From the IMG/VR virus record IMGVR_UViG_3300032038_000022, positions 1 through 64,000 of that record: a DNA stretch of 64,000 bases. One strand, written 5' to 3'. The notes beneath the pieces are model-generated. The model saw only the letters and a program-made list of their open reading frames with translations. It was not told the origin of the DNA and ran no database searches. Source of the stretch: a virus (Duplodnaviria > Caudoviricetes). Every line of letters begins with the position of its first letter. The stretch's first letter is position 1. This document shows positions 47,951 to 57,785 of this stretch, in pieces. Made by a program: the position numbers and the translations under genes.

Positions 47951-49024
47951 TTAAAGTGCAAAAAACGCCCTAACTCGACAGGTAGCAGTCGTATCAGACT
48001 TAGTGTAGGTGTATAAGTGACCGCTATACGTATGCACGTTCCTAACACTCGTAGAAGAGTTCCCAGTACTGGACCAACACCAGTGGCCATAAGCAGTATC
48101 TCGACCCATTTCAATTGCGATTGAATTACCCCAAACACTCTTAACAGCATTCAGACCAGCATTAATTGCTCCATATCTAGCAGTTATAAATGCTAATTCT
48201 CCGCACGCAGGAAGATACCAATCACCAACATTAGTACCAGTTGTATGGAATCGATAACAAGTCATAGCTGCCGGATAATTTCCAGAAGCTCCTGTATTTT
48301 CTATACTGCTTGCAGTCTTCCAATCAGTACCACTAACTGCAGCTAAGATTTTGTCAGTATTACTTCTTCCGTCAAAATCATTAGTAGCCATATTATCAGC
48401 ATAGTAAATTATATTTTTACTTCCATCTGGTAGGATAGGATTAGGTCCAAATCTTATTTCCCCATCAGAACCAATTGAAGAATCATAGTTACCAAAGTAA
48501 TAATCTCCAGATGGATCTATAGTACCAGTGTCATTAAAGGCAGTGTCACTAGGTATTCTTACCCAATCAGTTGCTCCACCGAGTTCACCAGTTTTTCCAT
48601 TTACATAATTTACTAAGCTATAATTTTTAAGATTTGCAACATCTACATTTGGACCCCATCTAAGATTTAGGTTATCACTTACATTACCATTACTTGTTGA
48701 TGTTGTTCCAACTTCGGGAGTTGTACAGCTCATATTTACAAGAGACATAATACGTGTAGTGTAATCTGGAGAATAGTTATATGGGACTGCAACAACTCCA
48801 ATTGGTGTCAAATGTGCATAATGAAATCCATTATTCTTATAGCTACCTGAACTCATGAATTCTATACTTTGTGTTTTAGAGTTATATAATGCTACGTCAC
48901 CAAAGGATGTTTTTGGGTATGGATTATAGTAGCACTTTCCCTCCACTAAGTCAATACCTGGAGTTGATATTTTATCAGCTTTACTCCAAGCATCTTTTGT
49001 ATCAAAACTTCTTAAATAATTCAT
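47951..49024 (-). CDS. DUF1566/CLec-fold putative receptor-binding protein, copy 1 (DGR-target-like)
   Basis: FDG..NT, WYLPA.GEL, WSS, VRAF; start MNYLRS as in copy 2. Confidence 0.8.
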   Translation of the reverse strand: MNYLRSFDTKDAWSKADKISTPGIDLVEGKCYYNPYPKTSFGDVALYNSKTQSIEFMSSGSYKNNGFHYAHLTPIGVVAVPYNYSPDYTTRIMSLVNMSCTTPEVGTTSTSNGNVSDNLNLRWGPNVDVANLKNYSLVNYVNGKTGELGGATDWVRIPSDTAFNDTGTIDPSGDYYFGNYDSSIGSDGEIRFGPNPILPDGSKNIIYYADNMATNDFDGRSNTDKILAAVSGTDWKTASSIENTGASGNYPAAMTCYRFHTTGTNVGDWYLPACGELAFITARYGAINAGLNAVKSVWGNSIAIEMGRDTAYGHWCWSSTGNSSTSVRNVHTYSGHLYTYTKSDTTATCRVRAFFAL

Positions 49025-49040
49025 AATTTTCAATAGAATA

Positions 49041-49205
49041 TTCACCATTCTTTGTAATGATGATCTTATTTCCGTATAGTATATTATATTCCTTGCGTTT
49101 GAAAATCTTATTTTCTTCTGCGAAAAACTTCTTTATGTCCATTACCCTAATAAAAGATTTATATAGAGATTAACAAAGCATATCATCTCACACCAGAAGA
49201 TAAAT
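49041..49205. repeat. ~165-bp near-identical direct repeat of 50370-50534
   Basis: Contains a copy of the 3' end of the 50471-50968 gene and most of the 57-aa ORF. Confidence 0.9.
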
Positions 49206-49215
49206 AGTTGAAGGG

Positions 49216-50283
49216 TTAAAGTGCAAAAAACGCCCTAACTCGATAGTCAGCATCCGTAACGAATTTAGTGTCGGGACACACGTAACCAAGACTCGTATTC
49301 ACTTCCCAAGCAGCCAAACCAGAGAACCCAGAACTAGACCAATAACAGTCGCCATAAGCAGTATCTCGACCCATTTCAATTGCGCTTGAACTACCCCAAA
49401 CACTCTTAACAGCATTCAAACCAGCATTAATCGCTCCATATCTAACAGTTATAAATGCTAATTCTCCGACTGCAGGAAGATACCAATCACCAACATTAGT
49501 ACCAGTTGTATGGAATCGATAACAGGTCATAACTGCCGGATAATTTCCAGGAGTTGCTGTATTTTCTATACTACTTGCTGTCTTCCAATCAGTACCACTA
49601 ACTGCAGTTAAGATTTTGTCAGTATTACCTCTTCCATCAAAATCATTAGTAGCCTTATTATCAGCATAGTAAATTATATTTTTACTTCCATCTGGTAGGA
49701 TAGGATTAGGACCAAAGGGCATATCCTCATCAGTACCAGTTGAAGAATCATAGTTAAGAGAGTAATAATCTCCAGATGGATCTATAGTACCAGTGTCATT
49801 AAAGGCAGTGTCACTAGGAAGTCTTACTGAATCAAACTCTCCCTGTAGTTCACCGGTATTTCCATTGACATAATTATTTACGGTATAATGTTTAAGAATA
49901 TCTACATTTGAACCCCAGCTAAGATTTAGGTTATCACTTACGTCACCATCACTTGTTGCTGTTGTTCCAACCTCAGGAGTTGTACAGCTCATATTTACAA
50001 GAGACATAATACGTGTAGTGTAATCTGGAGAATAGTTATATGGAACTGCAACAACTCCAATTGGTGTCAAATGTGCATAATGAAATCCATTATCCTTATA
50101 GCTATCTGCACTCATGAATTCTATACTTTGTGTTTTAGAGTTATATAATGCTATATCACCAAAAGATGTTTCTGGATATGGATTATAGTAGCACTTTCCC
50201 TCCACTAAGTCAATACCAGGAGTTGATATTTTATCAGCTTTACTCCAAGCATCTTTTGTATCAAAACTTCTTAAATAATTCAT
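49216..50283 (-). CDS. DUF1566/CLec-fold putative receptor-binding protein, copy 2 (DGR-target-like)
   Basis: Near-identical to copy 1 except internal patches and the C-terminal ~38 codons. Confidence 0.8.
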   Translation of the reverse strand: MNYLRSFDTKDAWSKADKISTPGIDLVEGKCYYNPYPETSFGDIALYNSKTQSIEFMSADSYKDNGFHYAHLTPIGVVAVPYNYSPDYTTRIMSLVNMSCTTPEVGTTATSDGDVSDNLNLSWGSNVDILKHYTVNNYVNGNTGELQGEFDSVRLPSDTAFNDTGTIDPSGDYYSLNYDSSTGTDEDMPFGPNPILPDGSKNIIYYADNKATNDFDGRGNTDKILTAVSGTDWKTASSIENTATPGNYPAVMTCYRFHTTGTNVGDWYLPAVGELAFITVRYGAINAGLNAVKSVWGSSSAIEMGRDTAYGDCYWSSSGFSGLAAWEVNTSLGYVCPDTKFVTDADYRVRAFFAL

Positions 50284-50297
50284 AATTAGTTTTAATT

Positions 50298-50471
50298 TTA
50301 ATCATTATAAACCTGGCCGAGTTCCCAATCTTTAGGTTTATCAATGATTTCATAATTATCAATAGAGTCTTCACCATTCTTTGTAATGATGATCTCATTT
50401 CCGTATAGTATATTATACTTCTTGCGTTTAAAAATCTTATTTTCTTCTGCGAAAAACTTCTTTATGTCCAT
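50298..50471 (-). CDS. 57-aa hypothetical protein (absent from the ORF track)
   Basis: MDIKKFFAEENKIFKRK...ELGQVYND; TAATG coupling to the upstream gene. Confidence 0.6.
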   Translation of the reverse strand: MDIKKFFAEENKIFKRKKYNILYGNEIIITKNGEDSIDNYEIIDKPKDWELGQVYND

Positions 50472-50968
50472 TACCCTAATAAAAGATTTATATAGAGATT
50501 AACAAAGCATATTATCTCACACCAGAAGATAAATTTAACTTTATCTAATTCTATGATTAGGTTTTCTTTATTCACTGTTTTTATAAATATTATTATAAAA
50601 GTTATTATTGGGATTACCCATAACATCATCCACCAAGGGTTTCTATAGAATATCACCCAGAGTTGTGAAAATATTCCTGCTATACTAGCTCCTATTATGT
50701 GAATTGTTTTCTCATAATCCCTTACTCTAGGAGCAGCACCTACTAATATTAATCCAAATATTCCAGCAAATGGTATTATTTGCGTATATGGTGTTATATC
50801 CATACAAGTTGGTAGCACTAAGAGAGCACTGGTCCATAATACTAGAGTGAATATAGGTCCCCATTTTATTTCATAATAGGATTGTGAAAGAGAGCTTGGA
50901 ATTCCATATTTTATACAAACCCAAAGAGTATAGGCACTTAGTATCGCCAGAGATATGATCACGTTCAT
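50471..50968 (-). CDS. Multi-TM membrane protein of the tail locus
   Basis: GIP.SLS.SYY, VGAAP, IH..GA pattern. Confidence 0.75.
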   Translation of the reverse strand: MNVIISLAILSAYTLWVCIKYGIPSSLSQSYYEIKWGPIFTLVLWTSALLVLPTCMDITPYTQIIPFAGIFGLILVGAAPRVRDYEKTIHIIGASIAGIFSQLWVIFYRNPWWMMLWVIPIITFIIIFIKTVNKENLIIELDKVKFIFWCEIICFVNLYINLLLG

Positions 50969-50971
50969 GAC

Positions 50972-51655
50972 TTAGATCTCAAAATTAAGTTTTTCTGGAT
51001 ATCCAACTGTGTAATCATACTGCCATAGTTCATCGATAGTTTCTAGGGCAAGTACATTTTTCTTATGTTCTGCTGTTTTATTGAAGCAAGTAAGGGCATA
51101 AATCTCAAGAGCTCCAAGCATTTGGATAGCAAGATCGCAGTTAATAGTAATAGGGGTTGTACCAAGCCAGAGAGTTATTTCTTCTACGCCAGCTGCTTTT
51201 TGGATATTAGTACTATTCATGAGACCAACTCGTGTATCTTTATCAAGCCAGACTTCTTCTCCATTAAGATAAAATGAGTTTACAGAATCACTTATATCAT
51301 ATTCAGTAATTTCTTTAAGAACCTGATCTTTCATTAAATCAATTGCAGTAATAACAGCTGTTTTAAGTCTTTTAGTCTCAATATATTTTGACTCATAGGT
51401 TCTATATTCAACCTCTACTTCCTTTTCGACTGGGATGGTAATAATTTCCTCTTTTTTCTCACCAGTTTCAGGATCAGTTACTGTAATAGTCTTTTCTTCA
51501 TATTCTATTACAGTAATAGTTTCAGTACGTCTTTCATCCTCATGTTCAGTTACATCAAAGTAAACCCTCCACGTATTATACTGTCCATAGGTTCTTACCA
51601 GTTGGAGTTCTTCTTGAGGATGCGAAGCATAATCGATATTATAATTTTTTATCAT
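50972..51655 (-). CDS. DUF4376-like tail-associated protein
   Basis: I..YD.SD.VNSF.LNG..VWLDK.TR.GL...LE.YA..C...T..H...YD...GYP. Confidence 0.8.
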   Translation of the reverse strand: MIKNYNIDYASHPQEELQLVRTYGQYNTWRVYFDVTEHEDERRTETITVIEYEEKTITVTDPETGEKKEEIITIPVEKEVEVEYRTYESKYIETKRLKTAVITAIDLMKDQVLKEITEYDISDSVNSFYLNGEEVWLDKDTRVGLMNSTNIQKAAGVEEITLWLGTTPITINCDLAIQMLGALEIYALTCFNKTAEHKKNVLALETIDELWQYDYTVGYPEKLNFEI

Positions 51656-52203
51656 GATGTCGTAAGTTTATTTATTTGTTCCTGAAGGTTTTCTATTTGG
51701 TTTCTCATATCATTTAGAACTGTAGCTGTGGCAATTTGATCTTCTTTAATGGCTCTTTCTAGGTCTGTTATAGCGGCAGTAATAATTTTTTGCATAGACT
51801 CAATTCCAATATCCTCAATAATTTGATTAAGTCTTGCTATAGCCTCTTCCATAGAAGAATTAACTTGAGATTCAATAGTAGGACCAATAGAGGCAATTGA
51901 AGAGTTAATTTCATCTATATCGATTTCACTTCTATTAATTTTATCAAACTCAAGATGTACTAAGACATCTGCGACAGCATCTTCTTTTTCTTTTTGTTCA
52001 TTTGCTAGTTCTGTTAATGCAGCCGTAAGTATTCTTTGAACTTCGCTAGAGAAACCACAGTAGAAATATTGTCCATGAGAATAGATATATTGTTTATCCA
52101 GGACGAAAACGATAGACGTATCACCTATACCTCCTGCAGCTAATTCTGTTTTAAAGGTTGCTTCGGTTTGATAACATAAAAATTTATTTTGTATTTCTTC
52201 CAT
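51652..52203 (-). CDS. Tail-associated coiled-coil protein
   Basis: NKFL...SIVFV N-terminus shared with 52253; Q..LTAA.T.L repeats. Confidence 0.65.
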   Translation of the reverse strand: MEEIQNKFLCYQTEATFKTELAAGGIGDTSIVFVLDKQYIYSHGQYFYCGFSSEVQRILTAALTELANEQKEKEDAVADVLVHLEFDKINRSEIDIDEINSSIASIGPTIESQVNSSMEEAIARLNQIIEDIGIESMQKIITAAITDLERAIKEDQIATATVLNDMRNQIENLQEQINKLTTS

Positions 52204-52252
52204 ATCTATTCTTTTAAGAAGGGGACCCTATTATGGATCCCCTGTTTATTTT

Positions 52253-54499
52253 TTAAGATCCTTCGTACCAATCAATTTCATTGCTAAGAATGGTTTGTAG
52301 CTTTTTATAATCTGAACCAATATTAATCCAGATATCACCATTCTCTCTCACCTCGATAGCATTACTTCTGTCTGCAGTGCCTGAGCCATTACCTATAGAG
52401 AAAACCGTATTAGCAGATGCAACGGCACCAGTAACAGAGTTGTTATATTTACCAATAGCAACTTCACCTTCGTGTGTAGTATTTAATCCTTCACTTTTCA
52501 AGGATACACCTCCAGTTTTAGATGTTCCATTAGTATAAGCAAATGGGCTACCTACGTTAAGATTATCAATTTTCTTTTCTACCTTACCAAATGCAGTTTG
52601 AACAGAATCACCAGCAGCTATATCAGCCCCAGTTGAAGCTTTAGCATAACCTGTAGCGATATTAATATCATCGGCTTCTACTGTAATATTTTGGTTTGTT
52701 TGAGATTGACCATTAACCGTAATATTGTCTGCATATGTCTTTGCAGCGTTTTCAGCGGCCTCGGCTACTTTTTCAGAATGACCTACAACAGTAGTTTCTC
52801 CATCAACGGCTGTGAATGTACCAACATAAGCAGCGCTAGCAATATCGTTTTCACTTACAGTTACAACCTGGTGACCGTCAGTGGCATCAGTAGTAACACC
52901 TACTTGAACATGACCAGTATTTTTAGCCTTTACAACAGTTTTTGCATCAGCTGCTTTTTTATCAGCATAAGCTTCAGCATAACCAACAACAGTCGTCTCA
53001 CCAAGTGCAGCGGTACCTGTAGGAAGTGTACCAACTAGAGAAGCAGATGCAATGTCATCTTCACTTACAGTATAACTATCAGGAGTTGCTCCAGTTCCGG
53101 CAGTTTTAGTAATTCTTACATGACCAGTAGATTTTTCAGTAATCTTAGTACGAGCAGATGTGATTTCATTCTGTAAAGATGAAGTAAGATCAGTTTTCAC
53201 GAGAGAACCACTTACAACAGTCGCACTAATGACATTGCTTGAGCTAATTGCAAGTTGTATTTTTGCAGCATTTTTCTCTACGGTATGATCTTTATAAAGA
53301 CTGTTAACAGGGATATAAAGAAGATTTGCAGTAGTATCAGCATTAGAAATTGTAAGTTTGATATACTTTTCACCAGAAGTCAAACCTGCAGAGTCAGAAC
53401 TAGCGCTAGTACCTTTCTTTTCAGTACCACTAGCTGTAATAACTTCACCTGAGCTAATGACCATATCTTTAGCGATATTGAGAGTAGCTACGGTATTAGT
53501 TCCCTGCTTGATTACATAATCTGTGCCATCAGCTGAGATAGTGCTGACTACGGTATTGTTCTTGTAAACCTTAACTTCACCTGCTTTTCCATTATCGTAG
53601 ATCTTCTGGAAGATTTCAGCTAGAACATCTTGAACATTTGTATTTGTAGTATCTGGTGTAGTAACAGAAGGGCCGTCAAGGTTTTGGGGTGTATATGATA
53701 CGTAATCAGATTTTACATTACCCTCATTTACATCAATCACACCGTTAGCCTCACTGACACTAGTAACGGCTCTACCTTCGATATGCTTACTTGAAGGGAT
53801 GGTATAGTCCATTGCATCAATAGCATTTTGTCTAGCAGTAGTTTCTATTTCTACATTCTTTTGAACCTTAGCAATAGCTCCGGCAATAGTATCATTAGTA
53901 CTAATAGTTTGAGCGGTTGAGCCAGTATTTGCTTTGTAGTCTAAGAGTTTGGCTGTATCAACATTGGCAACGGTAGTTTTACTATTAGCAGCAGTTGGAT
54001 CTACAAGTTTACCATCTTTCAGTTCAATACCAGTAAAGTACTTGTCAGAACCTGTGGCAATATCGCTATTTAGAGATCCTACTTTAGCCTTTATCTGATT
54101 TTCAAGTTTAGCAAGAGCTGTTGCAATAGTATCACCTTGGGCAATAGCAGTAGAATCAGAGCCTATAGAATAAGTTCCAAGTTTAGCCTGTCCAAGATCA
54201 GTAATATCAATACTAGTAATTTTACCATCGACTTCATTTATGGTCAATGTAACACCTCTAGCTGCAGCGTTAGTATTAGTCAAGTTTGTAACATCAAGAG
54301 CAGCGATAGCTTGTGAAATTTCAGCAACGGCATCAGTATCAAATCGTACGCCATGAGTTTCAATAAAGTGTACTTCTTCAAGACCTTCAGATGCATTAGC
54401 AGCCTGACCGACAAATACAATAGAAGTATTTTGAATTTCGCTAAGGGCGGCTTCATAACTTGCTACTGTAGAAAAATAGAGAAATTTATTTCCAATCAT
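52253..54499 (-). CDS. Tail fibre-like protein
   Basis: T/A/S/G-rich; D(T/S)I..A..K repeats; C-terminal AIGKYN...FSIGNG...RSNA.E...NG. Confidence 0.75.
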   Translation of the reverse strand: MIGNKFLYFSTVASYEAALSEIQNTSIVFVGQAANASEGLEEVHFIETHGVRFDTDAVAEISQAIAALDVTNLTNTNAAARGVTLTINEVDGKITSIDITDLGQAKLGTYSIGSDSTAIAQGDTIATALAKLENQIKAKVGSLNSDIATGSDKYFTGIELKDGKLVDPTAANSKTTVANVDTAKLLDYKANTGSTAQTISTNDTIAGAIAKVQKNVEIETTARQNAIDAMDYTIPSSKHIEGRAVTSVSEANGVIDVNEGNVKSDYVSYTPQNLDGPSVTTPDTTNTNVQDVLAEIFQKIYDNGKAGEVKVYKNNTVVSTISADGTDYVIKQGTNTVATLNIAKDMVISSGEVITASGTEKKGTSASSDSAGLTSGEKYIKLTISNADTTANLLYIPVNSLYKDHTVEKNAAKIQLAISSSNVISATVVSGSLVKTDLTSSLQNEITSARTKITEKSTGHVRITKTAGTGATPDSYTVSEDDIASASLVGTLPTGTAALGETTVVGYAEAYADKKAADAKTVVKAKNTGHVQVGVTTDATDGHQVVTVSENDIASAAYVGTFTAVDGETTVVGHSEKVAEAAENAAKTYADNITVNGQSQTNQNITVEADDINIATGYAKASTGADIAAGDSVQTAFGKVEKKIDNLNVGSPFAYTNGTSKTGGVSLKSEGLNTTHEGEVAIGKYNNSVTGAVASANTVFSIGNGSGTADRSNAIEVRENGDIWINIGSDYKKLQTILSNEIDWYEGS

Positions 54500-54516
54500 A
54501 TTTATTTTATTTAGTT

Positions 54517-55137
54517 TTAGTTTTTACCCTCGTACCAATTAAACTCATTGAACTTAGCTGTAACGGTACTATTCATTATAGGATTCTCTGATACATCAGA
54601 AAACGAAGCATCAACTCTTAGGTCTACGGCTCCATTAGTTTTTGTTTGAACAGTTCCATTTACCTTTATAGTATGTATCATTTTCCCTTCCAGTTCTTTT
54701 AGTTTTGCAGTTACTATTTTATTTTGAACTGGATTTTCAGAAGTTTCATCAAGTTCAGAGTCTATGGTTAGAATAACAACTTTATTCCAGGATTCATATC
54801 GATAAACTAAGAAGACTATTTCCCCCTTATTGATAACTATCCCTCCGAAGTTTGTATATGTTCCTTCTGTTCCAGTAATATAAAAAACATCATTTTGGGG
54901 AATTCCCGGATCTGTTTCTATATTAGCAATACCTAAGAACACTGAACCTTGTGAAACATTCAATGGTATAAGTTTTAATGACTTAGCTTCGTGGATGCCG
55001 TCTCCGATTACAAGAGAATCATAACCCTTTTCACTTGAGTCTATCAGACATAGTTCGCCCTTTTTTAGAATTGCAGTAGATGCATTAAGATCATCAAGCG
55101 TTCCTTTTAATAGAGTTACTCTTTGTTTTTCCGGCAT
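54517..55137 (-). CDS. Tail fibre-associated protein
   Basis: L..GEL......IGDG N-terminal module; SENPVQNK and SENPIMNS repeats. Confidence 0.65.
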   Translation of the reverse strand: MPEKQRVTLLKGTLDDLNASTAILKKGELCLIDSSEKGYDSLVIGDGIHEAKSLKLIPLNVSQGSVFLGIANIETDPGIPQNDVFYITGTEGTYTNFGGIVINKGEIVFLVYRYESWNKVVILTIDSELDETSENPVQNKIVTAKLKELEGKMIHTIKVNGTVQTKTNGAVDLRVDASFSDVSENPIMNSTVTAKFNEFNWYEGKN

Positions 55138-55142
55138 AGCTT

Positions 55143-55490
55143 TTAATTAACGTTAAATATAGTTACACCATTTAATACTATTTTCTTAAGGAGTTTTGTT
55201 TCTCCATCAAGAATTAAGTATAGTTTATTAATCTCTGGGGTTTCTGGTTCTTCAGTTACCCACTCAATTCCAGTACAGGTTTGTGATCTTTGAACAGTAT
55301 CATCTACACTTATCACCTTTTCACCTGTTTTACTGTCATTAATAGAAACTCCATCACCTTCAATAATTTCCTCGCCTTGAAGAGCGTTATTATAAAGATC
55401 ATTAAGGGCTGATTCAATTTTATTGAGATTTCGGGCATTTACAGGAGTTCTATTATCTACCCATTTAGTTTTGTTATAAGAACTTTTCAT
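55143..55490 (-). CDS. Virion/tail protein
   Basis: Y.KT.W.D..TPVNA.NLNKIE baseplate/fibre N-terminal motif. Confidence 0.65.
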   Translation of the reverse strand: MKSSYNKTKWVDNRTPVNARNLNKIESALNDLYNNALQGEEIIEGDGVSINDSKTGEKVISVDDTVQRSQTCTGIEWVTEEPETPEINKLYLILDGETKLLKKIVLNGVTIFNVN

Positions 55491-56065
55491 TTAAGATCTT
55501 TTAGGTTACCACAATCTACATATCCTACTTGTAAGCCTTCATCACCTACTACTATACTAGAATTATCAGTTAAGACATCAGCTTCTAATACCCACGCATC
55601 AGTAACTTCATCTCTTATAGAAGATATTTCTATTGAATTTGATTTCTTTCCAGTTATTATTAGATTTTGAGTAATACAGATCCATATCCCAGAGTGATAC
55701 ACGTATACAACATCTCCTCCTCCAGGAGTATGAATAACAGCCATTTCTCCTTCTTTAGGTTCCCTGCCAAAAGAGTATCTATTTAGCGCCTCTTTATCAC
55801 TTTCTTCTGGGCTTAATTTAGTAATATCATAAATTTTTATTCCACTACTAGGTCCACCTTCTCCAGAGTCATAGTTAATAGTATAATCTCCTTTTTCTTC
55901 ACTCTTATAAAGAGCTAAAATAACTTCAAAAGAATCTCCTTTTTTGTATTTGATAGCTACGTTTTCGGCGTAATATCTTGCAGTTTTGTTTAATTTTTTG
56001 ATAGCCTCGTCCCGTGTTTCAAAAACCTCAGTAAAACGAGTATATCTAAATTTGTCTCTTGCCAT
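55487..56065 (-). CDS. Hypothetical virion protein
   Basis: Operon context; VDCG C-terminus. Confidence 0.6.
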   Translation of the reverse strand: MARDKFRYTRFTEVFETRDEAIKKLNKTARYYAENVAIKYKKGDSFEVILALYKSEEKGDYTINYDSGEGGPSSGIKIYDITKLSPEESDKEALNRYSFGREPKEGEMAVIHTPGGGDVVYVYHSGIWICITQNLIITGKKSNSIEISSIRDEVTDAWVLEADVLTDNSSIVVGDEGLQVGYVDCGNLKDLK

Positions 56066-56070
56066 AATCT

Positions 56071-56481
56071 TTAGTCTAATTCAGGTCCATCTCCACAATT
56101 ACAATCACAATCACAATCTGTCGTAGGTTTCTTAATCTCATCTCTCGTTCTGCCATAAAGTCCTTGTCCATATCCACATATAGATTGTCCACAACAGAAT
56201 TCACCACAAATAGAATCTTTATAAAGTGTCAAATCCACACCAGTAACTTCTAGGTCTTTCCAAGCAAACACTCTATCTACTCCATCTAGGTGAATAGAAG
56301 AAATACATTTTCCATACGAATTTAATCTGAATTTTATATCAGAGATAGTATAGATTTTAGAATCATCAAAGGAGAATAGACTTGATACGGGTAGAGATTT
56401 GATATGTACAGAAGCCCCGATAAGAGAATTATGGTCCCAGACTCCAGCAGGACTTGTTACGGCAATTCTTCTACTTTCCAT
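56071..56481 (-). CDS. Hypothetical virion protein with Cys-rich tail
   Basis: ICGEFCCGQSICG, DCDCDCNC. Confidence 0.6.
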   Translation of the reverse strand: MESRRIAVTSPAGVWDHNSLIGASVHIKSLPVSSLFSFDDSKIYTISDIKFRLNSYGKCISSIHLDGVDRVFAWKDLEVTGVDLTLYKDSICGEFCCGQSICGYGQGLYGRTRDEIKKPTTDCDCDCNCGDGPELD

Positions 56482-56484
56482 GTA

Positions 56485-57780
56485 TTATTCCCCCTCATTT
56501 GTTGTAGAATTAGGATCAATATAGTTTACAAAATCAGCAACTTTATTGAGTTTAGTAAAAACTTCATCAATTCGAGTTAAGATATCAGTTACAGCAGTAG
56601 TTATTACCACTTCCCTAGCATCGGCATCTTCTTTAAGTTCTGAAAGACTAGCAGCTACTATTTTTTGAAGACCCTCAATTGAGTCTACAGTTACTTTATC
56701 AGTATTAGACATTAATCCGTGCCCTTCTTGAGTAGCAACAGGCATTTCTACATAAGATTCAGAACCATCACCATGAATTAACGTAGTTTGTGCTCCATTA
56801 TAAGAGATATCAGCGATATAAGTAGATGTAATTTTTTGTCCGTCACCATCATGTACTGCACTATTTACGTCTTTATCAATATCTGCAGTATTGTCAACAT
56901 TTTCGAGACCGATCTGCTCTTGAGTTACCAAGTGTGGATTTTCAGTATTAATAACGTGATTATTGAGAGCACTAAAAGAAGCACCTAGTTCATCATTAGT
57001 TGGAAGATTTGTAAGGTGCTCAATTTCCGTATTTAAAACGAGCGAATAACCTTCTCTTTTATCAACCTTTCTATTTAAAGCTTCATTTTGTGCAGTAGAA
57101 ACTGGTTTTTCAACATCACTTGTGTTATCAACTCTATCTAATCCAATATCATCTTTAGTAAGAACTAAATCCCCATCAGCTAAAGGATGACCATTGATAT
57201 CAATATCTCTAGTAACCATTACATCCCTAACATCATTAATGGCAGTTGCAACAGCTAAATTAATATCATCTAATGCTTCTTTTAATTCAGTAATAGCAGC
57301 AGTTAGAACTTTTTGAGCTTCTTTTACTTCTTCCTTTTCAGCTTTAGTATTTCCTAAATTTTCAATAGATTCCCCAAGACTAGTTGTTGTTGTTTCTAGA
57401 GCTGTAATCTTTGTTGATAGATTTGTATTTAGAGTATCAATTTTTGTATTAAGTGTATTATTAAAAAGCGATAAAGTTGTAGCTACTGTTGTTTCTTCAT
57501 CTCTAAATTTTTGTAAAATGACTTTATTTTGAACTGGATTTTCAGAGGATTCGTTCAGTGCGGTGTCTACTATAAGTCTCCATTTTCCCGTAGTACTATC
57601 AATACTATTAGAGGCGGAGAACTTATATCGTTTTCCATCAGCTAAGCATAGGGAAATATGTCCTTCATCTATACTAGTTTCTGGATAACTTTTCATTTCA
57701 TCCAAGGTATTAAAAGTGTCCCTAGAAAAATTAGGTTTTTTACCTTGATAATTAAAATTATCACCTATTTTTAAAGCCAT
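56485..57780 (-). CDS. Tail fibre-like protein
   Basis: IGL..VDNT.D..K repeats, SENPVQNK, AT....GLMS..DK. Confidence 0.75.
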   Translation of the reverse strand: MALKIGDNFNYQGKKPNFSRDTFNTLDEMKSYPETSIDEGHISLCLADGKRYKFSASNSIDSTTGKWRLIVDTALNESSENPVQNKVILQKFRDEETTVATTLSLFNNTLNTKIDTLNTNLSTKITALETTTTSLGESIENLGNTKAEKEEVKEAQKVLTAAITELKEALDDINLAVATAINDVRDVMVTRDIDINGHPLADGDLVLTKDDIGLDRVDNTSDVEKPVSTAQNEALNRKVDKREGYSLVLNTEIEHLTNLPTNDELGASFSALNNHVINTENPHLVTQEQIGLENVDNTADIDKDVNSAVHDGDGQKITSTYIADISYNGAQTTLIHGDGSESYVEMPVATQEGHGLMSNTDKVTVDSIEGLQKIVAASLSELKEDADAREVVITTAVTDILTRIDEVFTKLNKVADFVNYIDPNSTTNEGE

Positions 57781-57785
57781 AGTAA

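Noticed and set aside
47700-50600. Complete DGR (RT, template repeat, Avd)
   Set aside because: No reverse transcriptase motifs and no A-rich third copy of the variable region were found in this window.
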